Source of the DNA: Pseudobdellovibrionaceae bacterium
Lineage (GTDB): Bacteria; Bdellovibrionota; Bdellovibrionia; Bdellovibrionales; Bdellovibrionaceae
Reading direction: 5' to 3'
Assembly (NCBI GenBank): GCA_039810425.1
Contig: JBDHWW010000056.1
Coordinates: forward strand, 1 to 18,545
DNA length: 18,545 nucleotides
The position numbers and the translations under genes are program-made. How positions within the stretch are numbered: position 1 is the first letter of the stretch; every line of letters begins with the position of its first letter. The notes below the pieces were generated by a model. That model ran no database searches, was not told where the DNA came from, and was given only the letters and a program-made list of their open reading frames with translations. Below, one piece after another: positions 7,117 to 17,075 of this stretch.

Positions 7117-8748
7117 ATGAAACGCATTTTATTCTTGAGCGCGTTGCTAGCCACTTCTCAGGTATTCGCGGGGGAATACCTAGTTAAGTACAGAAATACT
7201 AGCGCGTACTCTACACTCAGTACTCTTTCCTACACCAACCAAATCCAAGTGTTGGACAACCACACTATCGGTCGCTTGGTTAAAGTAGATATCAACAAGC
7301 AAGATGAAGCTGTAACTTTGGCCTCGTTGCTGAAAAATCCAGCAATTGAATACGTTGTGCCAAACTTCAAGCTGCACACTTTCTCAGCACCAATGGATTC
7401 CTTGGCTTTGAAAAACCAATGGGCCAATGCAAAAGTGCAAGTAGAACAGGCGTGGCAACGTGCTGGTAACAAAGGTAGCAAGAACGTTCTTGTTGCTGTT
7501 ATCGACACGGGCGTTGATTACACTCACGACGCTTTGAAGCCAAACATGGTTCAAGGTTATGACTTTGCGGAAAATGACAACGACCCTATGGACAAAACTG
7601 GCTTCCAAAACCCTGGTCATGGGACTCACTGTGCGGGTGTGATTGGTGCAACGGGTGTTGTTGACGGCGGGATCATCGGTATCAGTCCTGAAGTTTCTAT
7701 CATGCCGCTTCGGTTCTTGACTGAAAATGGATCTGGCGACTTGAACAACGCGATCAAAGCAATCGACTACGCGATCGCTAATAAAGTTCAAGTTATCTCT
7801 GCTTCTTGGGGGGCTTCTGTCCCTCGTGCGACGGCTCAGCCATTGCTTGAGGCTGTAAAGCGTGCGGATGATGCTGGCTTGATCTTCGTAGCAGCTGCAG
7901 CGAATGACGGTAAAAACAACGATACTACTGAAGTGTATCCTGCGAACAACGGTTTGCCGAACTCCATCACTGTTGCGGCTTCTGGCCCTAACGACGAAAA
8001 ACCATCTTGGTCAAACTATGGGACGGCAAAAGTTCACTTGGCTTCTCCAGGCTTGAACATCACTTCTACTTTGCCAGGTAATAAGTACGGCGACTTGTCT
8101 GGAACTTCTATGGCAACTCCGCTTGTATCTGGCTTGGTTGCTTTGATGAAAGCTCAAGATACATCACTCACTGGTGCCCAGGTGCGCGCGATATTGCAAA
8201 CGACGGGTGCGAAAGCTCAGATCCAAACTGCATGTAACTGCCGTGTGGATGCTCTAGCGGCCGTTGATGCGGTGATTACTAAGAAGATGACTTTGGTTCC
8301 AGCCGCCGCAACTATCGGCTCTGGCGAAAAGATCAGCTTCCAAGTATGGCATGGTACGGCGCCATTCACGTTCACAAGCAGCAATCCATCTGCGGCTTCC
8401 GTGAACAATAATGGTGAATTGACCGGCATGGGCAGCGGAACAACTGTTGTGACGGTGACAGATTCAACTGGTAAGACTGCGGCCACCTTGAACATCAACG
8501 TTGGTGCTGGCTCGTCTCAACCCTCTCCGCAGCCAACTCCGCCGTCGAATCCGGGCAACCCTGGCCAGCCACCGGCTCCGCCAGATCCAAATCCACCGAG
8601 CAACCCACCGCCGCCAAGCAATCCTCCTAGCAACCCAGGAAATCCTGGCAATCCTGGCCAACCAGGCCAGTGTCCACTTGGCGACCCGATGATCTGTCAA
8701 ATCATCTGTCAAATTGAACCAAGTCTTCCATTCTGCGGCACACCATAA
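7117..8748 (+). CDS. Secreted S8 subtilisin-like serine protease with an Ig-like domain, Pro-rich linker and 4-Cys C-terminal motif
   Basis: Signal peptide ending VFA; prodomain ending EYVVPN; catalytic triad motifs VAVIDTG, HGTHCAG and GTSMATP; oxyanion AAAND; Big_2-like SSNPSAASV...G.....G.TVVTVTD; SD GGAGG. Confidence 0.95.
   Translation: MKRILFLSALLATSQVFAGEYLVKYRNTSAYSTLSTLSYTNQIQVLDNHTIGRLVKVDINKQDEAVTLASLLKNPAIEYVVPNFKLHTFSAPMDSLALKNQWANAKVQVEQAWQRAGNKGSKNVLVAVIDTGVDYTHDALKPNMVQGYDFAENDNDPMDKTGFQNPGHGTHCAGVIGATGVVDGGIIGISPEVSIMPLRFLTENGSGDLNNAIKAIDYAIANKVQVISASWGASVPRATAQPLLEAVKRADDAGLIFVAAAANDGKNNDTTEVYPANNGLPNSITVAASGPNDEKPSWSNYGTAKVHLASPGLNITSTLPGNKYGDLSGTSMATPLVSGLVALMKAQDTSLTGAQVRAILQTTGAKAQIQTACNCRVDALAAVDAVITKKMTLVPAAATIGSGEKISFQVWHGTAPFTFTSSNPSAASVNNNGELTGMGSGTTVVTVTDSTGKTAATLNINVGAGSSQPSPQPTPPSNPGNPGQPPAPPDPNPPSNPPPPSNPPSNPGNPGNPGQPGQCPLGDPMICQIICQIEPSLPFCGTP
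8515..8670 (+). repeat. Low-complexity Pro-rich coding repeats (PPSNP, NPG/QPG)
   Basis: SQPSPQPTPPSNPGNPGQPPAPPDPNPPSNPPPPSNPPSNPGNPGNPGQPGQ. The 9-nt unit aatcctggc is tandemly duplicated at 8641-8658. Confidence 0.8.
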
Positions 8749-8784
8749 GGGTGTTGCCCTAAAAGACAAATTATAGACAGGGAT

Positions 8785-8811
8785 AAAGGCTCCGGAAACG
8801 GGGCCTTTTTT
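8785..8811 (+). terminator. Rho-independent terminator after the S8 protease gene
   Basis: AAAGGCTCCG-GAAA-CGGGGCCTTT stem-loop (one G-U pair, GNRA loop) running into a T6 tract at 8806-8811. Confidence 0.88.
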
Positions 8812-8812
8812 A

Positions 8813-8841
8813 TTGCTCCGAGCATTCCACAATTATAGGGT
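8813..8841 (+). promoter_or_regulatory. Possible sigma70 promoter for the alpha-2-macroglobulin/pbpC operon
   Basis: TTGCTC-N17-TAGGGT immediately after the terminator. SD GAGGA precedes the ATG at 8871. Confidence 0.35.
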
Positions 8842-8870
8842 GAGGCCGTCCATAATCACATAGAGGAACC

Positions 8871-11800
8871 ATGAATATAAAAACGCTTCTGCCCAAGGCA
8901 TATTTGTTATTGGCTTTCGTTTCTTTTTTTTCACACCACACAGCTCATGCCCAAAATCTACAAGTCATGCGCGTTCTCCCGGCTGGAGGCAACGTCACAC
9001 AAACAGACTCTGTGAATATTACTTTCAATCAGCCGATGGTGGCTTTAGGCGAGTTCGAGAAGACCGCTCAAGTTCCCGTTGAGATCACGCCGGAACTTGA
9101 GTGTGAATGGCGCTGGATCAACACCACGACATTGTCATGTAAGCTTGCTGAAAATAAGCAGTTGAAGTTTGCAACCGAGTACCAGGTTGTCGTCAAGAAA
9201 GCGTTCAAAGATCTTAAAGGCGCGGCCCTCGCGCAAGACTATGTGAGCCGGTTTGCGACCGCTCGCCCGGCGATTTCTTATCATGATTTCAGACGGTGGG
9301 TAGCCCCGGGGTACCCAATTGTGAATTTGAGCTTCAACAGCTTTGTTACGGCGGAAAGCGTGATGAAGTCTATCGAGTTCACCGAGAACGGTGTGGCGGT
9401 GCCGACGCGGGTGTTGTCCGTTGAGGCGGCTGAAGAGATTTATCTGAATAGAGACAAAGTGAATGAGATCATGAAAGCCGTGAAAAAAGAGGCGAAGGCC
9501 GGCACGGTTTCCCAACGTTGGACGGTGGTGCCGCGCGCGGATTTAAAAGACGGCGCCAATGTCTCGGTGCATGTGAAGCCAGGGCTGCAAACTAAAGAGG
9601 GGACCTTGCTCGGCAGCGAGAACCGGGACGTTGTCGTGTTCGTGACTTATCCGGCATTTAGGTTTGCGGGTTTTAACTGTCCTGACGATGACAGCGCCGC
9701 AAATTCAACTATGGCGCCGCTGTCGGGTTCAACGTGCAACCCGATGAAGAACCTCTATGTAAAGTTCTCAGTGCCCGTGAATATCGATAGCTTTAAAAAG
9801 AACTGCACGTTCTCGCCGCTCAAAAAGGGTGAGGGGGATGAAGAGTTCTGGGCGAATGTTTACAGTTACGCAGGCTATAACAGAGCCCCGGTTGCAAACG
9901 AGGTTTTCTCCGTGCAGTTGCCGGCGGTGACGAAGGCCCGCATGGATTTTACCATGGCTTGCAGTGAAAATATTGAAGACATATTCGGCCGTAAGCTCGG
10001 GGCGAAGTTTCAGTTTGAATTTAAAACGGAGCCACGCTCTCCACAACTGGTCCTGGGTTACGAGTTTGGTGTTTTAGAAAAAAACATTGATTCTGAAATT
10101 CCCGCGTTTGTCACAAATTTGACGGACGTTTACGCGCAGTACTCGGCAAAAACGGCGACCCTCGTAAAGAAGAGCCAGAAAATTCCGGTGGCCTTGCAAA
10201 AGGTCGATGACCTTGCTTACGCAACGCCCCTGGGAGTGCGTAAGATGCTCGATGGCCAGAGCGGGGTTGTATATTCGGTATTGACGGACTCGGCATTGTC
10301 TGTGGACGCCGCCGAAAATCGTAACCGCGGTTTCTTCCAGGTCACCCCCTTTTATGTTCACTATAAAGAAGGTCACTACAACAGTTTGATTTGGGTGAAA
10401 GATCTTGCGACCGGAAAGCCTATTGAAGGCGCGGATATCAAGCTCTTCAGCTCAACCTATGCGATGATCGCGGACCCTCATAAGGAAACAGTTTTAGGCA
10501 AGACCGGCAAAGAGGGGACGGCCCATTTGCCGGGGACGATCAGCTACGATCCAGATTTGACGAGCCGCCGTTATGGCTTCAACGATCCGAAGTTGATGAT
10601 TCAGGTCAAGAAAGGCAACGACATTGCAATTGTGCCTTTGGCGTATGAGTTTCAATCTCATGCGATGTGGAATTCGCGTGAAGGAGAGTATTCGTATGCC
10701 TCCCCGCAAACCAAGTACGGGCATATTAAAATCTGGGGAACGTCTCCGCAGGGGGTGTACCGTGCCGGGGATACGATTGATTTTAAAATCTATGTGCGCG
10801 AGCAGAATGTTCAGCGTTTTGTTCCGGCGCCGAAAGGAACTTACAGCCTGATTGTGACGGATCCCACGGGCAATGAAGTCTTTAAGCAAGACAAGATTCT
10901 ACTGAACGACTTCGGTGGCTTCAGCGGATCCTTTAAAACCGCGAAGAATGCGCCGGTCGGCTGGTATCGTTTCCATGTCAATTCGAACTATCTGGCGAAA
11001 CGCAATGGTGGGAGTCGCGGGGATTCTGAAGAAGAAGGCAATGGCCGCGTGGCGGGGATTGTTTCTCATAGAGTTTTGGTGACGGACTTCACTCCAGCTC
11101 CGTTCCGTCCTGAAAATGATATTGATCGCGATATTTACCGTTTTGGTGAAAAGATCACGTTGAACTCACGCGGGCGTTTGCACTCCGGGGGGCCGTTTGC
11201 CGATGCGGAAGCGCGTATCAACGTGTCATTGGTCAGAGGTGATTTTGAACCTCGGAAAAATCCATTGGCGGAACGTTACGGCTTTCAGTGCAGTGGTGGC
11301 TACTATGGACAGCGTGAAACGGTGTTTGAAAAAGAAGAACAGCTCAATCATCAAGGGGATTTAAAAAATGAAATTCCTTTGAACGAAAAAAACATCCAGT
11401 GTGGCCGCTTAGTTGTCACGAGTGATATCGCGGACGACCGTGGCAAGTTCTATTCAGCGGTGAAGTCGGCTCAGTACTACGCGGTGGATATGTTTATCGG
11501 TCTTCGCCTGGACAAGTTCTTCTATCAAGCCAATCAGGATGCAAATTTCAACTACATCGTTGTCGATACCAAGAGTCAGGTGCTGAAAGGCATTCCGGTC
11601 GATATTGAAATCCAACGCCTTGAAGTGAAAAAAGTCCGCATAAAAGGTTCGGGCAATGCTTACCTTGAAGAAACCAAATCCGAATGGGTGAAAGCGGGTT
11701 CTTGCACCAAAGCAACAAGTGAAAAAGAATCGACGTGCAGCTTCCGCCCGACGATGGCAGGTAGCTATAAGATCATTGCGAAAGTCAAAGATGGCCAAGG

Positions 11801-14726
11801 CCGGACAAACGTCAACACTCAATCAATGTACGTCGCGGGCAAAGACATCGTCGTCTGGGACACGGATGAGAACTCTTCTTTAAACATCATTGCCGAGAAG
11901 TCGAATCCCAAAGTCGGCGAGACCGCAAAATATCTCGTGCAGAACCCATTTCCGGGTGCGGACGCTTTGATTTCGATTGAACGTTATGGCGTTCTGAAAT
12001 CATGGACTCAAAAATTTGACACCTCGACACCTGTCGTAGAAGTTCCGATCACCGAAGATATGTTGCCGGGGGCGCATTTGTCGGTGACGGTGTTCTCTCC
12101 GCGGGTGGCAAAACCGCTGGGTGAAAACCAAGTCGATCTTGGCAAGCCCGCCTTTAAGATGGGCTACATTAAAATCGTCCCTGAAAACCCGGTGAAAAAG
12201 ATTGATGTCAAAGTAGTGACAGACGCGCCGGAGTATAAGCCGGGCTCGAAAGTCACAGTGAACCTCGCGGCCTCGACAAAATCGGCGCATTCACTTGAGA
12301 AAGTCGAGTTTGCCGTCGCGGTTCTTGATGAGGCTGTGTTTGATCTCATCAATGGAGGCAGCGACTACTTTGATATCTACAAGGGCTTCTATCAACTGGA
12401 TCCTCTTGATGTGACGAATTTTGATATATTGATGCAGCTTGTGGGTCGTAGAAAATTCGAAAAGAAGGGTGCCAACGCCGGCGGTGACGGTGGTGGTCTT
12501 TCTATGCGTTCTGTCTTTAAGTACGTGGCGTACTGGAATCCTTCGCTGAAAGCCGATGACAAAGGCCAAGTGAGGTTTGATTTTAAAATACCTGACAATC
12601 TCACGGGCTGGCGCGTTTTGGTGATCGCAACAACTGCGAGCGACCGCATGGGACTTGGCCAAGGCACGTTCAAAGCCAATCGTCCGACGGAAGTTCGCCC
12701 GGTCATGCCAAATATTGTCCGCGAAGGGGATGCATTTAAAGGGGCTTTCAGCGTCATGAATCGCACGGATAAGCCGCGTGATTTGAAAGTCACTGTCAGC
12801 GCCGCGGGGGATGTGACCTTGGATCCTAAGAGCAATGTCTTAGTTGAAAAAACGGTGCGTGCGGAACCATACAAGCGTCAGATTATTGACTTCGACGTGA
12901 AAGTGCCGCTTTTAAAAGAAATCCGAAACGCCGCCGATGGCAATATCCAGTTCACAGTGGTTGCCGGCGATACACTTGATAAAGATGGAATGAAATCCGA
13001 CTTGCCGGTTTTAAGAAAACGCTCGTTTCTGACCGAGGCCAACTATGTTTCCACGACCGAAGCGAAGGCCAAAGAAGCCGTGAGCTTTCCGAAAGATATT
13101 TACACGGATGTGGGTAACATAACAGTTGCTGCGACGGGCACTGTGATCGGCAACGTGGAAAGCGCGTTTAGCTATATGCGCTCTTATCCGTACATTTGCT
13201 GGGAACAGCGCCTCACAAAGGGGGTAGCTGCAAATAGTTTCTTGAAATTACAGGACTACATGGATCCTAACTTTAAGTGGCCCCAGGCTTCCGAGATCGT
13301 GAAAACGACTCTGGAAGATGCGTCGGGCTTTCAGGCTCCGAGCGGGGGAATGTGCTACTTCCAGGCAAAAGACACTTATGTGTCACCTTACTTGAGCGCT
13401 TACACGGCGCTGGCGTTTGGCTGGCTGAAAGAGCGCGGCGAAAACGTTCCTGCGGCGATGCTTGAGAAGCTCAACAAGTACCTCTTGGGAATGCTTCGTA
13501 CGGATATTTCCCCGGGTTTTTATTCAGCGGGAATGTCTTCGACGGTTCGCGCGGTGGCTCTTGCGGCCCTGGCGAAATCGAAGTCAATCCAGTCACAAGA
13601 TGTTGAGCGCTATCGTTCTCATGTGAAGACGATGGATCTTTTCGGTAAAGCTCATTACTTGCAAGCGGCGTTGCGGTTCCCGGACCGTGAAGCGGCTGCC
13701 AAAGAAGCCCTCAGCGCAATCTTAGGCGCTGCGAATGAAACCGGTGGTAAGTTCCGCTTCTCGGAAGTGCAGGACTTCGGCTGGACCCGTATTCACTCAA
13801 CCGAGACACGCACCCAGTGTGCGATTTTGTCGGCACTTTCTCAAGCGGCGGCGAAACCTTGGGCTGAGTCGATGATTTCTGATGTGCCATTCAAGTTGGT
13901 TCGCACCGTTACTCAGGCGCGGAAAGGCAAAGAGCGCTGGGAAAACACCCAAGAGAACATGTTCTGCTCGGAGGCATTGATTGATTACGGCCGCCGCTAT
14001 GAAGTGACAAAGCCAGCAATGAAAGTCAGTGTGTCTTTGGCGGGCAAAAAATTTGGTTCTGGTGAGATCAACGATTTCCGGCAAAAGCCTTTAGAATTTA
14101 AACGCGATATTCTGCCGACAGATCCTGGCGCGAAAACCGAGATTCAAATTGATCGCACGGGCCAAGGAAGATTGTACTATACAGCGGCGATGACTTACGC
14201 GCCGAAAGAGGATTTCGCGAAAAGCCGCAATGCGGGCATTGAAGCTCATCGCGAGTACCTCGTCGAGCGCGCCGGCAAGTTCGTCCTTTTGACTTCGCCG
14301 ATGAAAATAAAAAAGGGCGAGCTGGTTCGCGTGAATTTGTATGTGAACCTACCGTCGGCACGCAGCTTCGTGGTTGTAAATGATCCGGTGCCAGGCGGCC
14401 TTGAGGTCTTGAACGAAGATTTGGCCAATACCTCGGCCGTAGATGCTGACAAAGCTAAAGACAAGATGGATCGCGGTGCTTACCTGTGGAAGTTCGATGA
14501 CTGGAATTATTTCTCGGCAAGTTTCTATGGCTTCTACCATCAAGAAATCCGTTACGACAGTGTCCGATTCTATTCGGAATATCTTGAGAAGGGACATTAT
14601 CAGCTTTCATACATGGCTCAGGCCATCGCGCCAGGGAAGTTTGCCGTCATGCCAATGCACGCGGAAGAAATGTATGATCCGGATGTGTTTGGTAAAACCA
14701 CTGCAGACAGCCTCGAGGTTCAATAG
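8871..14726 (+). CDS. Bacterial alpha-2-macroglobulin (YfhM-like), thioester-containing
   Basis: 1951 aa. Signal peptide ending AHA; FNQPMV N-terminal Ig-like start; YRAGDTI MG2 motif; AVLDEAV; YWNP..PDNLTGWR; thioester motif YPYICWEQ (CxEQ, 13197-13208); C-terminal DPVPGGLE and AEEMYDP; directly followed by pbpC. Confidence 0.96.
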   Translation: MNIKTLLPKAYLLLAFVSFFSHHTAHAQNLQVMRVLPAGGNVTQTDSVNITFNQPMVALGEFEKTAQVPVEITPELECEWRWINTTTLSCKLAENKQLKFATEYQVVVKKAFKDLKGAALAQDYVSRFATARPAISYHDFRRWVAPGYPIVNLSFNSFVTAESVMKSIEFTENGVAVPTRVLSVEAAEEIYLNRDKVNEIMKAVKKEAKAGTVSQRWTVVPRADLKDGANVSVHVKPGLQTKEGTLLGSENRDVVVFVTYPAFRFAGFNCPDDDSAANSTMAPLSGSTCNPMKNLYVKFSVPVNIDSFKKNCTFSPLKKGEGDEEFWANVYSYAGYNRAPVANEVFSVQLPAVTKARMDFTMACSENIEDIFGRKLGAKFQFEFKTEPRSPQLVLGYEFGVLEKNIDSEIPAFVTNLTDVYAQYSAKTATLVKKSQKIPVALQKVDDLAYATPLGVRKMLDGQSGVVYSVLTDSALSVDAAENRNRGFFQVTPFYVHYKEGHYNSLIWVKDLATGKPIEGADIKLFSSTYAMIADPHKETVLGKTGKEGTAHLPGTISYDPDLTSRRYGFNDPKLMIQVKKGNDIAIVPLAYEFQSHAMWNSREGEYSYASPQTKYGHIKIWGTSPQGVYRAGDTIDFKIYVREQNVQRFVPAPKGTYSLIVTDPTGNEVFKQDKILLNDFGGFSGSFKTAKNAPVGWYRFHVNSNYLAKRNGGSRGDSEEEGNGRVAGIVSHRVLVTDFTPAPFRPENDIDRDIYRFGEKITLNSRGRLHSGGPFADAEARINVSLVRGDFEPRKNPLAERYGFQCSGGYYGQRETVFEKEEQLNHQGDLKNEIPLNEKNIQCGRLVVTSDIADDRGKFYSAVKSAQYYAVDMFIGLRLDKFFYQANQDANFNYIVVDTKSQVLKGIPVDIEIQRLEVKKVRIKGSGNAYLEETKSEWVKAGSCTKATSEKESTCSFRPTMAGSYKIIAKVKDGQGRTNVNTQSMYVAGKDIVVWDTDENSSLNIIAEKSNPKVGETAKYLVQNPFPGADALISIERYGVLKSWTQKFDTSTPVVEVPITEDMLPGAHLSVTVFSPRVAKPLGENQVDLGKPAFKMGYIKIVPENPVKKIDVKVVTDAPEYKPGSKVTVNLAASTKSAHSLEKVEFAVAVLDEAVFDLINGGSDYFDIYKGFYQLDPLDVTNFDILMQLVGRRKFEKKGANAGGDGGGLSMRSVFKYVAYWNPSLKADDKGQVRFDFKIPDNLTGWRVLVIATTASDRMGLGQGTFKANRPTEVRPVMPNIVREGDAFKGAFSVMNRTDKPRDLKVTVSAAGDVTLDPKSNVLVEKTVRAEPYKRQIIDFDVKVPLLKEIRNAADGNIQFTVVAGDTLDKDGMKSDLPVLRKRSFLTEANYVSTTEAKAKEAVSFPKDIYTDVGNITVAATGTVIGNVESAFSYMRSYPYICWEQRLTKGVAANSFLKLQDYMDPNFKWPQASEIVKTTLEDASGFQAPSGGMCYFQAKDTYVSPYLSAYTALAFGWLKERGENVPAAMLEKLNKYLLGMLRTDISPGFYSAGMSSTVRAVALAALAKSKSIQSQDVERYRSHVKTMDLFGKAHYLQAALRFPDREAAAKEALSAILGAANETGGKFRFSEVQDFGWTRIHSTETRTQCAILSALSQAAAKPWAESMISDVPFKLVRTVTQARKGKERWENTQENMFCSEALIDYGRRYEVTKPAMKVSVSLAGKKFGSGEINDFRQKPLEFKRDILPTDPGAKTEIQIDRTGQGRLYYTAAMTYAPKEDFAKSRNAGIEAHREYLVERAGKFVLLTSPMKIKKGELVRVNLYVNLPSARSFVVVNDPVPGGLEVLNEDLANTSAVDADKAKDKMDRGAYLWKFDDWNYFSASFYGFYHQEIRYDSVRFYSEYLEKGHYQLSYMAQAIAPGKFAVMPMHAEEMYDPDVFGKTTADSLEVQ

Positions 14727-16924
14727 TGTATAAGGTGGTGCGCGGAATTATTCTTGGATCTGTTTTTCTTGTGACAGGCGTCGTGGGAAAAACCATCTAT
14801 GATTTCCGCTTGCCGCCAAAGCATTCTTTTGAGGTCTCAGGCCGAGTTCAGCGTCAGTTGATTGTCGACCGTCGCGGCGACCGCCTCGTGGATACCTATG
14901 ACAATCGTTGGAATGAGTTCGACCAAGTCGCGATTTCGGCGGTGCCGGAATTTCTGGTGAAAGCGTTTTTGACCTCTGAAGATCGCAAGTTTTATAATCA
15001 TAAGGGCGTTGATTGGCAGGGCCGGGCGAGTGCTCTTTATGCGGCTCTTCGCGACGGGAAAATTCACCGGGGCGCGAGCACGATGACGGAGCAAGTGGTG
15101 AGGATGTTGACACCTCGTCCGCGCACGTTCTGGTCGCGCTGGCTGGAGACATGGGAGGCGTATGCGCTTGAAGCTCGCTGGGATAAAATCACGATTCTGG
15201 AATTCTATCTGAATCAAGTCCCATATAGCGGTCAGCGCCGAGGAGTGAATCAGGCTTCGAGATACTACTTCGGCCGCGATATCGGTACGCTTAATCATGC
15301 GGAGATGCTGAGCCTGGCAGTCCTTGTTCGTGCGCCGGCGGCGTTTGATCCAAAGCTTTATCCGGCAAGACTGATTCAGCGGATTGAGTGGTTGGCAAAA
15401 GACATGGGAATGGATCTTGCGAGCGAAGAATCGATTCATATTGCGAAATTGAACGGCTTTGATCTGTCGCGCAAGTCACAGGTTGAAGTCAATGCAGGTG
15501 CTTTTTCTGATTTTGCCCGGAAGTCATTTCAAGAGTGGGGAAAAAGCCACGGGGTCAGCGCCGGTATTGTTGAAACCACGATCGACGGTGGCCTGCAAAA
15601 TTTTTCACAGAATCTTTTAGACCATGAGATCGGGAGCCTTAAAAAAAAGAACGTGAATCATGGCGCCCTTTTGGTGGTGGATCATCAGACGGGTGAAGTT
15701 CTTGCGTGGTCCGTATCAGGGGCCACAAGCTATAATACGGTCCTTGTTCCGCGCCAGCCGGGTTCCGCACTGAAACCGTTCTTGTATGGCTTGGCTTTTC
15801 AAAAGGGCTGGACGCCGGCGACGGTGATTATTGACGAGCCACTGATGACGGCCGTCGGCCGTGGTGTACATGCGATTCGTAATTACAGCCGTGAGTACTA
15901 TGGTCCCGTGACAATCCGTGAAGCGCTGGGAAACTCCTTAAACACTCCGGCGATTAAGACCGTTAAGTTCGTGACACCGGATGCGCTGCTGGATTTTATG
16001 AAACGCGCACAATTTTCAACCTTGCATGAGAATGCCGATTTTTACGGTGAGGGTTTGGCTCTCGGAAGCAGTGAAGTGACGCTGTTGGATCTGGTGCAGG
16101 CCTATACATTGTTTGCCAATGAGGGCCGGGTGCGTCCGCTTCGCTGGTTTAAGATGGAGCCGACTCGCACCACAGAGCCCATCTTGGAACCAATGGCGGC
16201 AAGCTTAGTGAGCCATATCTTGGCGGATCCGAAAGCCCGCTTGATGGAATTCGGTGTCACTTCGATTCTGAACTTTCCGGCACCAACTTCAGTGAAAACC
16301 GGTACGGCGACTGATTATCGTGATGCGTGGGCTGTCGGATTTAACGGCCGCTATGTGGTCGGCGTGTGGATGGGCGATTTGGATCGTCGTCCGACCGACG
16401 GGAACACGGGGGCGCGTGGTCCCGCTTTGGTCCTACGATCGGTGTTTAATTATCTCAACCAAGAGATGCCGGCGGCTACACCGCTGGCACTGAACGAGAA
16501 TTTGATCGCGCAGGATATCTGCAAACAAGGTGAGATGGTGACATTAAAAACCACAACTGAGTGCCCATCTTACACCGAATATTTTATGCCTGGCACAGAG
16601 CTGAAAAACACCGCGGGATTGGCGGTAGGTTCGGCGGTGGGGGCGGTGCATACGGAAGCGCGCATTTCATTCCCGCTTCCGCGCGTCGAGCTTGCGTGGG
16701 ATCCACGCCTGCCGGCCGGCGCACAGGCACTCGAGCTTAAGATTGAAAACGCCGGTGCGAAAGATCGCGTGCGCTGGTGGATGAATGAAAAGTACTTAGG
16801 CGAAACGGCAAACAAGAATTTGATGTGGCCGATTTCAAGAGGCGCGCAAAAAATTTCCGCTCAACTTGTGCGCGAAGACGGAAGCATTGAAACACTTCGT
16901 CCTGTTCCTTTCTTAGTAAAATAG
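14726..16924 (+). CDS. pbpC: Penicillin-binding protein 1C (transglycosylase/transpeptidase)
   Basis: N-terminal TM anchor; GT51 motifs EDRKF..H.GVD, GASTMTEQ and ILEFYLN; transpeptidase motifs SALK (SxxK), SLN (SxN) and KTG; C-terminal beta domain. GTG start overlaps the A2M stop (TAGTG), the known yfhM-pbpC arrangement. Confidence 0.92.
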   Translation: MYKVVRGIILGSVFLVTGVVGKTIYDFRLPPKHSFEVSGRVQRQLIVDRRGDRLVDTYDNRWNEFDQVAISAVPEFLVKAFLTSEDRKFYNHKGVDWQGRASALYAALRDGKIHRGASTMTEQVVRMLTPRPRTFWSRWLETWEAYALEARWDKITILEFYLNQVPYSGQRRGVNQASRYYFGRDIGTLNHAEMLSLAVLVRAPAAFDPKLYPARLIQRIEWLAKDMGMDLASEESIHIAKLNGFDLSRKSQVEVNAGAFSDFARKSFQEWGKSHGVSAGIVETTIDGGLQNFSQNLLDHEIGSLKKKNVNHGALLVVDHQTGEVLAWSVSGATSYNTVLVPRQPGSALKPFLYGLAFQKGWTPATVIIDEPLMTAVGRGVHAIRNYSREYYGPVTIREALGNSLNTPAIKTVKFVTPDALLDFMKRAQFSTLHENADFYGEGLALGSSEVTLLDLVQAYTLFANEGRVRPLRWFKMEPTRTTEPILEPMAASLVSHILADPKARLMEFGVTSILNFPAPTSVKTGTATDYRDAWAVGFNGRYVVGVWMGDLDRRPTDGNTGARGPALVLRSVFNYLNQEMPAATPLALNENLIAQDICKQGEMVTLKTTTECPSYTEYFMPGTELKNTAGLAVGSAVGAVHTEARISFPLPRVELAWDPRLPAGAQALELKIENAGAKDRVRWWMNEKYLGETANKNLMWPISRGAQKISAQLVREDGSIETLRPVPFLVK

Positions 16925-16990
16925 AAATTCTCCGGACCCATCGGCATCGAAAAACCAAAACGCACCAGTTTCGTTCAGCCTCCAAAACAC

Positions 16991-17007
16991 TTGGCCCGTC
17001 CTTTGCT
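16991..17007 (+). promoter_or_regulatory. Sigma54 (-24/-12) promoter for the DUF4360 gene
   Basis: TTGGCCCGTCCTTTGCT has exact GG-N10-GC spacing with the TTGC(T) element, about 70 nt upstream of the ATG at 17076. Confidence 0.75.
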
Positions 17008-17075
17008 TTAATGTCTCTGTGTGAGTGAAGTTTCTGCAAAATGAAACCACCAATAACACCAAAAGGGGGATTTTT

